64,000 bases of DNA from an uncultured Pseudomonadales bacterium. GTDB lineage: Bacteria; Patescibacteriota; Microgenomatia; UBA1400; Chazhemtobacteraceae. Of the stretch, positions 56,284 through 64,000 are shown one piece after another. The first letter of the stretch is position 1, and each line of letters starts with the position of its first letter. The stretch is taken from assembly GCA_964422035.1 (NCBI GenBank), contig CAYQZQ010000001.1:50528-114527 (forward strand), in the 5' to 3' direction. Both the position numbers and the translations under genes were made by a program. The notes below the pieces were generated by a model, which saw nothing but the letters and a program-made list of their open reading frames with translations, made no database searches and had not been told where the DNA came from.

Positions 56284-56923
56284 ATGGAACGAGATATATC
56301 AGAAAGGAGTAGAGGAGTATGAGTATTATGATCTTGAAGAACCACACGAAGATATTGAAAAAGTGATTGATTATTTTAAAAAAGGGGGAGTTAATAAGGT
56401 TTTGGATTTAGGCTGTGGAATAGGTAGAAATATGATTCCACTGGCGAAAGCAGGTTTTAAAATGACAGGGGTTGATTTGTCTGTTAAAGGAGTAGATCTG
56501 GCGAAGAAAAAAATTAAAGAGAACGGTCTGTCTGGGGAATTTGCAAGAGGAGATTTTCAAAAATTACCTTTTAAAGATAGAAAATTTGATGCCGTAGTGG
56601 CGGTACAAGTACTTCAACATGGAAGGGAAGATGAGATTAGAAAAGCAGTAGATGAGATTGAAAGAGTGCTTATTCCTAAAGGGGCAATCTTTATTACCTT
56701 GTCGGGTAGATATTCAAAGGGGAAAGTAAGATATTGTTTGGTAAAGACAGCAAAACGTGTTGGAGAGAGAACATATATTCCAATGAAAGGTAATGAAATA
56801 GGAGTACCTCATTTTATATATAACAAAGAGTGGATAAGGCGTCATTATCAGAATTTTTTGATTAATCAGTTCTGGAGAGATGATAAAGACTATTATTGTT
56901 TTTTAGCTAATAAAAATGAATAG
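56267..56923 (+). CDS. Class I SAM-dependent methyltransferase (paralogue B)
   Basis: VLDLGCGIGRN motif I; C-terminal PHFIYN / YYCFLANKN block shared with 48584 and 57632. Confidence 0.7.
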   Translation: MRKMNKWNEIYQKGVEEYEYYDLEEPHEDIEKVIDYFKKGGVNKVLDLGCGIGRNMIPLAKAGFKMTGVDLSVKGVDLAKKKIKENGLSGEFARGDFQKLPFKDRKFDAVVAVQVLQHGREDEIRKAVDEIERVLIPKGAIFITLSGRYSKGKVRYCLVKTAKRVGERTYIPMKGNEIGVPHFIYNKEWIRRHYQNFLINQFWRDDKDYYCFLANKNE

Positions 56924-57650
56924 AGAAAGAAATACCGTTAGAAGATATGATGAGATAGCAGAGCAATATGATAGTGATTGGCGAGGGGAGTTGGATGATG
57001 AACAGAAAGATAGGTTGGATATATTTATGAAGTTGCTAGGGGTCCCGCCTAAAGAGGTTCTCGATGCTGGTTGTGGAACTGGTAAGCATGCAGTGTATTT
57101 ATCGAGTAAGGGATTTCAAGTAACGGGCTTGGATTTGTCTAAGGGAATGTTGAAAAAGTTTCAAAATAAGGTGAAAAGACAAGAATTAAATGCAGGCTTG
57201 GTAATATCTGAGATGCAGAAATTGAGCTTGGAGAGTGAGAGTTTTGATGGAGTTTGGTCGTCAGTGGCTTTGGTGCATGTAGATCATGAAGAAAAAGAGA
57301 AAGTATTAGAAGAATTTAATAGAGTCTTGAAGCCTAAAGGTTTGTTGTATCTTAGAATTCAAAATTTATATGGAAAGAAGCATATTAAAAGGATGTTTCA
57401 ATCGTGGGTGAGTGATTTGGGTTATGATGATGATGGTAAATTTTATATGAAGCCAAAGCAGTGGAAAGAGATTTGGGCTAATCCGATTTGGGATAGGTGG
57501 AAGGAAGGCTATGCTAAGCTTGATAGTAGAGATTGGTATTTTATATCTAAACAAAGAATGTTAAAACAACTTGATAATAATGGGTTTGAGGTTAAAAAAG
57601 TAAATAGTGTGCTTGATCGTAGATTAAGTATTTGGGCAGTAAAAAAATGA
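56916..57650 (+). CDS. Class I SAM-dependent methyltransferase (UbiE/Tam-like)
   Basis: VLDAGCGTGKHAVYL motif I; FDGVWSSVALVHV; LKPKGLLYL. Confidence 0.75.
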   Translation: MNRERNTVRRYDEIAEQYDSDWRGELDDEQKDRLDIFMKLLGVPPKEVLDAGCGTGKHAVYLSSKGFQVTGLDLSKGMLKKFQNKVKRQELNAGLVISEMQKLSLESESFDGVWSSVALVHVDHEEKEKVLEEFNRVLKPKGLLYLRIQNLYGKKHIKRMFQSWVSDLGYDDDGKFYMKPKQWKEIWANPIWDRWKEGYAKLDSRDWYFISKQRMLKQLDNNGFEVKKVNSVLDRRLSIWAVKK

Positions 57651-58309
57651 GTAAAAGCTGGGACGAAATATATCAAAAAGAGGGCAGAAAATATGTAAGT
57701 AGATTGACTTATTTAGAAAAGCTGTCTAAATTTTGGAAGGAAAATAAGGTTAAGAGGGTGTTGGATGTGGGGTGTGGAGCAGGAGAACACCTGAGAAAAA
57801 TGAATGATTATGGATTTGAGGTAGCAGGAATGGATATATCTGAAAAGGCAGTGGATATAGCAAGAGATAAGTTTAAGAATAGTAAAGCTAGAAGTGATAT
57901 AAAGGTAGCTTCGATGCATAATGAGTGGCCTTTTGTGGATGAAAGCTTTGGAGGCGTAATGGCTTTGCGATCTTTCAATCACGGTTTTCTAAGAGAGATC
58001 AGGTTTGCTATTGAAGAGGTGAGAAGAATGTTAAAACCGGGAGGGTGGTTTTTTATGACGACCTTGATGATACCAGGAAGAAAGGTAGTGCAAGGAATAA
58101 CAACTTTAAATACCATGAAAGCAGTGATGATTAGACCCAGGACTTATGTTCCTTTGGAAGGGAAAGAAGTGGGGGTAGTACATTATATTTTTAATAAAAA
58201 GATTATTAGGCAGGAGTTGTCAGGTTTTGTTATTGAGGATCTGTGGGTAGATTATGGGGAAAAAGAATGGGAGAGATATTATTGTGTATTGGCCAAGAAG
58301 TTAGCGTAA
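57632..58309 (+). CDS. Class I SAM-dependent methyltransferase (paralogue C)
   Basis: VLDVGCGAGEHL; LRSFNHG...LKPGGWFFM...PRTYVPLEGKEVGVVHYIFN...EDLWVDYGEKEWERYYCVLAKK, collinear with the protein at 48584. Confidence 0.75.
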   Translation: MGSKKMSKSWDEIYQKEGRKYVSRLTYLEKLSKFWKENKVKRVLDVGCGAGEHLRKMNDYGFEVAGMDISEKAVDIARDKFKNSKARSDIKVASMHNEWPFVDESFGGVMALRSFNHGFLREIRFAIEEVRRMLKPGGWFFMTTLMIPGRKVVQGITTLNTMKAVMIRPRTYVPLEGKEVGVVHYIFNKKIIRQELSGFVIEDLWVDYGEKEWERYYCVLAKKLA

Positions 58310-58894
58310 GGAATCAAACCAACTATCAAGTTGTTGATAAAAGTCTGATTCAATTCCTACGTAAGGCATGTTTTTTTTCAACTCTTGAATAAATATTTGT
58401 CGTTGATTAATTGAGTGGTGAACAATAGGTTGATCATGAGGGACAATTGCAAGCTTAGTTTGTTGAATATTCTGACATGGTTTGTTGATGGGTAGATGGG
58501 CTTTTTCTAAGTCTGGATCCCAAGTAGCGTCGAGTAAGCAAGAGTGATCGTGAAATGATAGAGAAATACAGAGATGATACTGAAGAGGCATTTTTTTACT
58601 TAGTTTTTCTAGGGAAGGAGGGTAGTTTGCTGGCAACTCTTGCCAGTAAAAAGGAAAAGTAAGATATTTAACAGTCAGATTGTATTTTTCAAGCCATTCT
58701 CCTAAAAGATAGTGTTTATCTGTACAACCACCTTTTTGAAATTTGATAATGCTTTCTTTCCATGAAAGAGAAGAGGGAGGTGGGGTACCAAAAGGAATAT
58801 CTCTTACCTTTAAGTAGAGAGGTAGGATTTGTTGCTCTAAAGATTCAGACAGTTCAGGAGTACTGGTATAGCACTGAAACCTTTCCTTATTCAT
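58301..58894 (-). CDS. Transglutaminase-like superfamily protein (Cys-His-Asp papain-like core)
   Basis: Candidate Cys in QKGGCTDKHYLL, His in LQYHLCISL, Asp in LLDATWDP, in transglutaminase-like order. Confidence 0.4.
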   Translation of the reverse strand: MNKERFQCYTSTPELSESLEQQILPLYLKVRDIPFGTPPPSSLSWKESIIKFQKGGCTDKHYLLGEWLEKYNLTVKYLTFPFYWQELPANYPPSLEKLSKKMPLQYHLCISLSFHDHSCLLDATWDPDLEKAHLPINKPCQNIQQTKLAIVPHDQPIVHHSINQRQIFIQELKKNMPYVGIESDFYQQLDSWFDSLR

Positions 58895-59011
58895 ATACCC
58901 TGTATTATATATTATTGAGACTCTATGTGAAACTTTAAGGATAATGGAGGTTTAATATAAACAAAAACTTTTGATACAGATCAGATTGTGAGGAAAATTA
59001 GAAACTTTTAT

Positions 59012-59920
59012 TTATCGGCGTTTTTCTACGAGAAATACACCTAGGATGATGATTATGATAGCGATGATTTCAAGTGTTTTTATGTGTTCTGAGAGGAGGA
59101 GGTAGGCAGTGGGGACAGCAAAGAGGGGTTGTAAATAGGTAAAGACAGCGGCTTCTGAGGCTTCAATCTTTTCTTGGCCTTTTAGATATAAAGTTAAGCC
59201 AATAACTGAGCCGAAGATACCCATATATAGAGAAGCAATTAGGGGAGAGCGGGCGGATTGGGTGAAAAGAGTGGTGATTTGGTTGATGGGTGAGTGGCCG
59301 ACAAAAAGGCTGTATGAAGCGAAAACTAGAAGAGCTATCCAAAAACTGATGTGAGTGGTGACCCATTTGTTAAGTTTTTTGTAGTGTTTTTTAGCTAGGA
59401 GTAAGTAGGCAGCCATGGAGATGTTTTGCAGGAAAATGAGAATGTTGCCAAAAAGAGCACCGTTGAAGCCTTTTCTTATAACAGGCTCGATGACTAGTAG
59501 AATTGTACCGATGATGGCAATGAAAAGGCCAATTAACTCATTTTTTTCTTCTTTTTCTTTAAAGATAAAAATTCCGCCTATGGTAACAAAGATGGGCCAG
59601 GTGACGGCGATTAAAGTAGCTTCGATAGAGGTGGTGTGGTTTAGGCCGATGTAGAGTAGGGAAAGGGTAACAACGGTGCCTAAAAGTTCCAAAAGGACGA
59701 TGGTTATTAGTTGTTTGAAGGTAGGGGGATTTTTTTTGATAGCGATGATGCCGATGGGGAGGGAGAAGATTACAGCAAAGAAAAAGCGGGCTAGAAGGAA
59801 GGTAAGGGGAGTGAGCCCATTTAGAAAACCTAGTTTAATGATAGGAAAGGCGATACCCCAGAAAAAGGCATTGCCAACAAGCATAAGATAGGCTACAAGA
59901 CGATTAGGAGTTAGCTTCAT
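59012..59920 (-). CDS. EamA/DMT-superfamily transporter (10 TM)
   Basis: 302 aa; two EamA-like 5-TM repeats; hydrophobic throughout. Confidence 0.7.
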   Translation of the reverse strand: MKLTPNRLVAYLMLVGNAFFWGIAFPIIKLGFLNGLTPLTFLLARFFFAVIFSLPIGIIAIKKNPPTFKQLITIVLLELLGTVVTLSLLYIGLNHTTSIEATLIAVTWPIFVTIGGIFIFKEKEEKNELIGLFIAIIGTILLVIEPVIRKGFNGALFGNILIFLQNISMAAYLLLAKKHYKKLNKWVTTHISFWIALLVFASYSLFVGHSPINQITTLFTQSARSPLIASLYMGIFGSVIGLTLYLKGQEKIEASEAAVFTYLQPLFAVPTAYLLLSEHIKTLEIIAIIIIILGVFLVEKRR

Positions 59921-61164
59921 GAGGAAAGTTTATCAATAAGTTCTTTTTGTGTTAAGAGAGACTGATCTCCTGATCTCATGTCTTTGAGGGTTATTTTTTG
60001 TTCTTTTGTTTCTTCTGGGCCGATGATGGCTACAAAAGAGACGTTTTTCTTGTCGGCGTATTTAAGCTGTTTGCCGATGTCTGTTTTAGAGTTGGTGTAT
60101 AAAAGAGTATTAACACCAGCCTGGCGGAGCTTATCGGCTAGTTGTAAAGATTTTTCCACTAAATCTTGATTGAAGATGGTGACCAAGATTTGAGCAGAGG
60201 AGAGGTCTTCAGGGAAGAGATCCAGCTTTTCCATAGCCTCTATGGTGCGATCAAAGCCTATGGCTAGACCAACAGCTGGAACGTTAAAGTCACTTAGTTG
60301 GCCAATTAGCTTATCGTATCGACCGCCGCCAGCCAGTGAGCCGGCCTTAAACTGAGGAGACTTGAGCTCAAAAATAGTGGAGGTATAGTAATCAAGGCCG
60401 CGGGCGAGGGTAGGCTTGAATTCAAGTTGTGTTTCAAGTACACCTAGAAGCTGACAGAGACCAATTAGTTGTTTGGTGTTTTCATCTGGTTTGGCGGAGT
60501 CAATAAGATTGAAGAGTTTGTCAACTTTTTGAGTATCGATTTGTTTGCCTTCAAGCTCTTTTTTAATTTTTTGGGTAGATTGCTTGTCCAGTTTATCTAT
60601 GGATTGGATGACAGAATTAGCTTTGTTTTTGTCGATGCCTGTTTGTTTGATTAAGTCAAATAAAAGAGAGCGTGAGTTTAATAGCATTTTGATGTTTTTA
60701 AAACCTAAGTTTTGATAGGTTTTTAGAGTGGTGGCGATGATTTGGGCGTCTGCCAGTAGTGAGTCTTCACCGAAGATGTCGATGTCGCACTGGAGGAACT
60801 CGCGGAAACGGCCCTTTTGAGGATTCTCAGCTCGCCAGACGGGCTGGATTTGATAGCGCTTGAAAGGTAGACCAAGATTGTTGCGGTAGGCGGCAATAAC
60901 GCGGGAGACAGGCACAGTCTGGTCGAAGCGTAAGCCCACCTTTCTGTTACCTTGATCAGTAAAGGTAAAAACTAATTTGTCGGTTTCTTGTCCGGATTTG
61001 CCCATTAGCAACTCTTGCCTTTCCAGGGCAGGGGTTTGGAGTGGTTCAAAGCCAAACAGCTCGAAGCTTTGGCGGATTTTATCTAAGGCGAACTGACGTT
61101 TTCTGGCTTGGGAGGGCAGAAAATCACGAAAGCCTTTTAGTGGTTGTAGATTTTGTTTGTCCAT
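59917..61164 (-). CDS. hisS: Histidyl-tRNA synthetase
   Basis: Class II motifs: motif 1 region LKGFRDFLP; motif 2 (FKRYQIQPVWRAENPQKGRFREFLQCDID); motif 3 (GGGRYD); C-terminal anticodon-binding domain. Adjacent to tRNA-His. Confidence 0.95.
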   Translation of the reverse strand: MDKQNLQPLKGFRDFLPSQARKRQFALDKIRQSFELFGFEPLQTPALERQELLMGKSGQETDKLVFTFTDQGNRKVGLRFDQTVPVSRVIAAYRNNLGLPFKRYQIQPVWRAENPQKGRFREFLQCDIDIFGEDSLLADAQIIATTLKTYQNLGFKNIKMLLNSRSLLFDLIKQTGIDKNKANSVIQSIDKLDKQSTQKIKKELEGKQIDTQKVDKLFNLIDSAKPDENTKQLIGLCQLLGVLETQLEFKPTLARGLDYYTSTIFELKSPQFKAGSLAGGGRYDKLIGQLSDFNVPAVGLAIGFDRTIEAMEKLDLFPEDLSSAQILVTIFNQDLVEKSLQLADKLRQAGVNTLLYTNSKTDIGKQLKYADKKNVSFVAIIGPEETKEQKITLKDMRSGDQSLLTQKELIDKLSS

Positions 61165-61198
61165 ATTTAGATATTAACATTGATAACGTGTAAATGGG

Positions 61199-61271
61199 GG
61201 AGATCGACGGGATTTGAACCCGCAACCGTCGGTACCACAAACCGATGCTCTACCATTGAGCTACGATCTCC
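61199..61271 (-). tRNA. tRNA-His (anticodon GTG) with genomically encoded G-1
   Basis: Minus-strand cloverleaf. G-1 plus GAGATCG acceptor pairing with CGATCTC-C73. D-arm GCTC-AATGGTA-GAGC. Anticodon arm TCGGT-TTGTGGT-ACCGA. Variable region CGGTT. T-arm GCGGG-TTCAAAT-CCCGT. Followed by CCCA. Confidence 0.9.
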
Positions 61272-61303
61272 ATATAAAAAACCTGGCGATTAAGCCAGGC
61301 ATA

Positions 61304-61327
61304 TAAAAAAACGGACCAAGTGGTCCG
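61304..61327 (-). terminator. Rho-independent terminator on the minus strand (CGGACC-ACUU-GGUCCG followed by U7-8)
   Basis: Plus-strand sequence AAAAAAAACGGACCAAGTGGTCCG. On the minus strand the hairpin is followed by the U-tract. Lies about 170 nt downstream of the 61497 gene stop. Confidence 0.6.
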
Positions 61328-61496
61328 ATTGTATTTGCCTGACTCGGTTTCCCTTATGGGTGACATCAGGTGATTTTTTACGGAAATCTAACCGGCTGGC
61401 ATTTGACCAGCAGCTGGCTTAGGCGTGAACTAAGCTCATAACGCTTTGTTTTGTGTTTTTAAGGTAAAAGTAGTATATAACCCTATAAGACTAATG

Positions 61497-62333
61497 TCAA
61501 TTCTGGGTGCAGTCGGCTGGGCACGTTTCTGGAGTTTCAGGTTCGGGGCAACCTAGGCCTTGACAGACTACATCCTGGCAGATGCCGTCTCCACAAGTGC
61601 CTGCCTGGGCTGAGTCTGTGGCTGGGCTAGTTGTGTCATTGATTTGCTCTGAGATAGGGAAGGCGATTAGATTTAGAATGCCGATGTCTTGATCGTCTGT
61701 GTCTACTGAGAGAACCAGGGCGACTGATTGATTGATTTGGAGATCTTCAATGTCAATTTCTTGTTGGTTGATGGTGGTCAGAATGGTGTTTGAGGAGATG
61801 GCTATTGGGTCATTCAGATAGGAGCTGTGGTTGGAAAAGGTTATGGTGTCGTCTTGTATTTGCTCAATTTGGGCGTAGGCGATACGGCGAATGGAGGAGG
61901 GGGGAGTGTAGTCGTCAACTACGATACGTTGAGCTGTGAGTGTTTGTTCATTTTGGAGAGTGCCCATGGCGATGATGTAATCACCGATTTGAAAGTCTTC
62001 AATCTGGACTTCTGTTTGGCCGACTTTTATCAGGTTTGTGTCAGGAGTGACGATAGCTTGTTTGATGACGGTGGCTGAGCCGTGGTTGGGGTTGATGGTG
62101 ATGGAGATGGTTTCCTCTGAGATGGATTCAATTAAGCCGACGAAAGCTTTTAGAGAGGCTTGTTCACCTAGAGTTTTATTATTGATGTTTTCATCAACGG
62201 ATTGCTTGATGCGTTCTTTTAGGTCTTTTTGAATCTCTTCTGCTGAGTTAGTGGCTTCTTGGGCATTGATAAGCTGAGGAGCAAGTAGAATGGAGAGAGA
62301 TAGTAAAAAGGCGACTGCGATTTTGTTTTTCAT
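61497..62333 (-). CDS. Secreted hypothetical protein with a C-terminal Cys-rich knot
   Basis: Signal peptide (MKNKIAVAFLLSLSILLAPQLINAQE); C-terminus GTCGDGICQDVVCQGLGCPEPETPETCPADC. Confidence 0.5.
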   Translation of the reverse strand: MKNKIAVAFLLSLSILLAPQLINAQEATNSAEEIQKDLKERIKQSVDENINNKTLGEQASLKAFVGLIESISEETISITINPNHGSATVIKQAIVTPDTNLIKVGQTEVQIEDFQIGDYIIAMGTLQNEQTLTAQRIVVDDYTPPSSIRRIAYAQIEQIQDDTITFSNHSSYLNDPIAISSNTILTTINQQEIDIEDLQINQSVALVLSVDTDDQDIGILNLIAFPISEQINDTTSPATDSAQAGTCGDGICQDVVCQGLGCPEPETPETCPADCTQN

Positions 62334-62752
62334 TATTCTAGTTGAGTTGTAAAGACTAAGTTAATGTATTGATCTTGTTTTTGTCCGGTGGAGGTTATTG
62401 CTGAGATGTGAATGAGATTGCCGCCGGGGATAAGCTCGATTGTCTGGGTGAAATTACCACTATCATCAACTTGAGGAGTTAGCTCGTTTTGCTCGGTAAT
62501 GATGATTAAAGCGTTGTTTGGTTGAGTCTGGCCTGAGATGGTGGCAGTTTGATTGCCAAAGATCTGTCCGTCTTGGGGAGAGTAGATGGTTAAAAGTGAG
62601 GTGGGAGTAGGTTGAGCGGTGGGTTGGGCAGTGGTTTGCTGGTCTGTTTGATTTTGAGGCGACATAGCCTGGTTAGCACGATGCAGGCCGTAGACAAGTA
62701 CGGAGCCTAATAAGAGACCGATGATGATAGCTAAAATTACTTCTTTTCTCAT
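62333..62752 (-). CDS. Small membrane-anchored/secreted hypothetical protein
   Basis: N-terminal TM/signal (VILAIIIGLLLGSVLVYGL); Q/T/P-rich linker; small beta domain. Stop overlaps the start of the downstream gene. Confidence 0.45.
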   Translation of the reverse strand: MRKEVILAIIIGLLLGSVLVYGLHRANQAMSPQNQTDQQTTAQPTAQPTPTSLLTIYSPQDGQIFGNQTATISGQTQPNNALIIITEQNELTPQVDDSGNFTQTIELIPGGNLIHISAITSTGQKQDQYINLVFTTQLE

Positions 62753-62861
62753 TGACAGATGAAGGTTATCAGGTTAGAGGGAAAGTTGCAAGTGTTAGGG
62801 GATGATTTTTGACTTTAAAAGGGGGTAGTAAAGAAACTCCAATATGATATATTACTAATGT

Positions 62862-63521
62862 ATGTTAATTAGATATTTGGGCCATTCCAGTTTTAAAATT
62901 AGAGGCAGTGAGGGAGCAGTTATCACTGACCCTTATGATAATAAAGCAGTGGGACTGGAGCTGCCAAGAATGAGTGCAGAGGTAGTGACTGTCAGCCATG
63001 ATCATGATGACCATAATGCGGCTGATAGAGTGCAGGGAACTTCTGATAGAAAAGAGCCTTTTGTGATTGATAAGCCCGGTGAGTATGAAGCAAGTGGAGT
63101 GTCAGTGATTGGGGTACAGTCTTTTCATGATGACAAAGAGGGAGCTGAAAGAGGAAACAACATAATTTATGTATTTAAGCTTGATGATATCTGGGTGTGC
63201 CACTTGGGAGATCTGGGACATACTTTAAGCAACAGTCAGATCAAGCAGATCGGCCAGATTGATGTCTTGATGGTGCCGGTGGGAGACAAGTACACAATTG
63301 GGCCTAAAAATGCACTTAAGGTAATGGAAAGTCTTTCACCATCTTTGGTTATCCCTATGCACTATAAACAGAAGGGAATGAATGAGCAGTTTGATGAGCT
63401 GGTAACAGTTGATGAATTTTTGGAAAAAGCAGCATTGAATGGAGTAGAGAGATTGGAGAAGATCTCTTTGAGTGAAACAAACCTGCCGGATGAGATGGAA
63501 GTTATAGTAATGGAGATGTAA
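62862..63521 (+). CDS. Metallo-beta-lactamase-fold hydrolase (UPF0173-like)
   Basis: HxHxDH motif (VSHDHDDHN) plus downstream His/Asp ligands (CHLGDLGH, MHY). Confidence 0.75.
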   Translation: MLIRYLGHSSFKIRGSEGAVITDPYDNKAVGLELPRMSAEVVTVSHDHDDHNAADRVQGTSDRKEPFVIDKPGEYEASGVSVIGVQSFHDDKEGAERGNNIIYVFKLDDIWVCHLGDLGHTLSNSQIKQIGQIDVLMVPVGDKYTIGPKNALKVMESLSPSLVIPMHYKQKGMNEQFDELVTVDEFLEKAALNGVERLEKISLSETNLPDEMEVIVMEM

Positions 63522-63553
63522 TGTTTGTGAGAATTTGTAAAATTTAAAGATCT

Positions 63554-64000
63554 ATGGCTTCTAAAGCTAAGGTACCACCGCATTCAAGTAAAGCAGAAAG
63601 CTCGATATTGGGCTCGTTGCTTTTGTCTAAAGACGCGATGATGGATGTGGCTGAGATAGTCAGCCCGGAGATGTTTTATGAAGACAAACATCAAAGAATC
63701 TATGAGGCGATCAGATCTTTGTATGAAGCTAGAGAGCCGATTGACGTAGTAACGGTATCTGAGTGGTTGAAAAAGAAGGACGATCTAAAGAAAATAGGGG
63801 GATCCAGTTATCTATCTGAGTTGGTAAATAGTGTACCGACGGCTGCTCATGCTAAGGGGTATGCCAAGATTATAAAAAACCACTTTATTAAAAGAGAGAT
63901 GATTGACTCAGCTAGCCAGTTAGTTGAGTTGGCTTTTGATGAGGGAGCTGAAGTAGAGCAGGTTTTGGATAAGGCAGAGAGAGAAATATTTGGATTAAGT
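63554..64000 (+). CDS. dnaB: Replicative DNA helicase DnaB, N-terminal part (runs off the window)
   Basis: DnaB N-terminal domain signature (PPHSSKAESSILGSLLLSKDAMMDVAEIVSPEMFYEDKHQRIYEAI...); reading frame open to the window end. Confidence 0.85.
   Translation, partial: MASKAKVPPHSSKAESSILGSLLLSKDAMMDVAEIVSPEMFYEDKHQRIYEAIRSLYEAREPIDVVTVSEWLKKKDDLKKIGGSSYLSELVNSVPTAAHAKGYAKIIKNHFIKREMIDSASQLVELAFDEGAEVEQVLDKAEREIFGLS

Noticed and set aside
1-64000. CRISPR arrays, integrases or transposases, prophage
   Set aside because: No regularly spaced direct repeats and no recombinase or transposase ORFs were seen. The only repeat-like nucleotide stretches are GGTGGTAAT-type tracts encoding Gly/Asn runs inside the 757-aa protein.

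Overview
This 64-kb window looks like a chromosomal segment from a small-genome bacterium. It resembles a CPR/Patescibacteria-type genome: EF-Ts is short, many proteins have K/E-rich tails, and many hypothetical proteins are secreted or membrane-anchored. That lineage call is inference only. TGA, TAG and TAA are all used as stops, so this is the standard code; RF1 is present in the window. No CRISPR array and no transposase or integrase gene is present.

Most of the window is plus-strand housekeeping genes in conserved micro-syntenies:
- mreB / mreC / PBP2, but with mreC inverted
- dprA–topA–dcd–tmk
- folD–rpsB–tsf–X–frr, where an unknown gene sits where pyrH is expected
- argS–rseP–HIT–rpsU–yqeY–ybeY
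- dnaX–ybaB–recR
- cysS, ychF, rpsF–ssb–rpsR
- murE–murA, murF, leuS–greA
- ctpA–htrA, rpmE–prfA on the minus strand
- hisS with tRNA-His, and a partial dnaB at the end

Accessory or unusual content that stands out:
1. A non-coding locus at 22.9–23.65 kb holds two tRNA-like genes with aberrant anticodon loops. They flank a 15-bp perfect inverted repeat enclosing about 110 nt that contains a 15-mer identical to a conserved 23S rRNA segment. Several further hairpins lie downstream.
2. Two separate AbiEi/AbiEii abortive-infection/toxin-antitoxin operons and a Doc/Fic toxin.
3. A bacterial Elp3 homologue.
4. A strong promoter, an ~80-nt transcript and an intrinsic terminator sit upstream of a Tat-signal protein and a 757-aa Cys/Gly-rich surface protein.
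5. An AT-rich gene cluster at 54.1–58.3 kb encodes a CxxCxxC protein, a split TPP-dependent ComD/ComE-like decarboxylase and three SAM methyltransferases. A transglutaminase-like protein and an EamA transporter follow. This is probably the most interesting candidate for an undescribed small-molecule pathway.
6. A paralogous family of small-molecule SAM methyltransferases: six class I MTases in the window.
7. HIGH-motif variants in all three class I aaRS genes.

Coordinates I derived by hand may be off by 1–2 nt; ORF-track coordinates are used where available.
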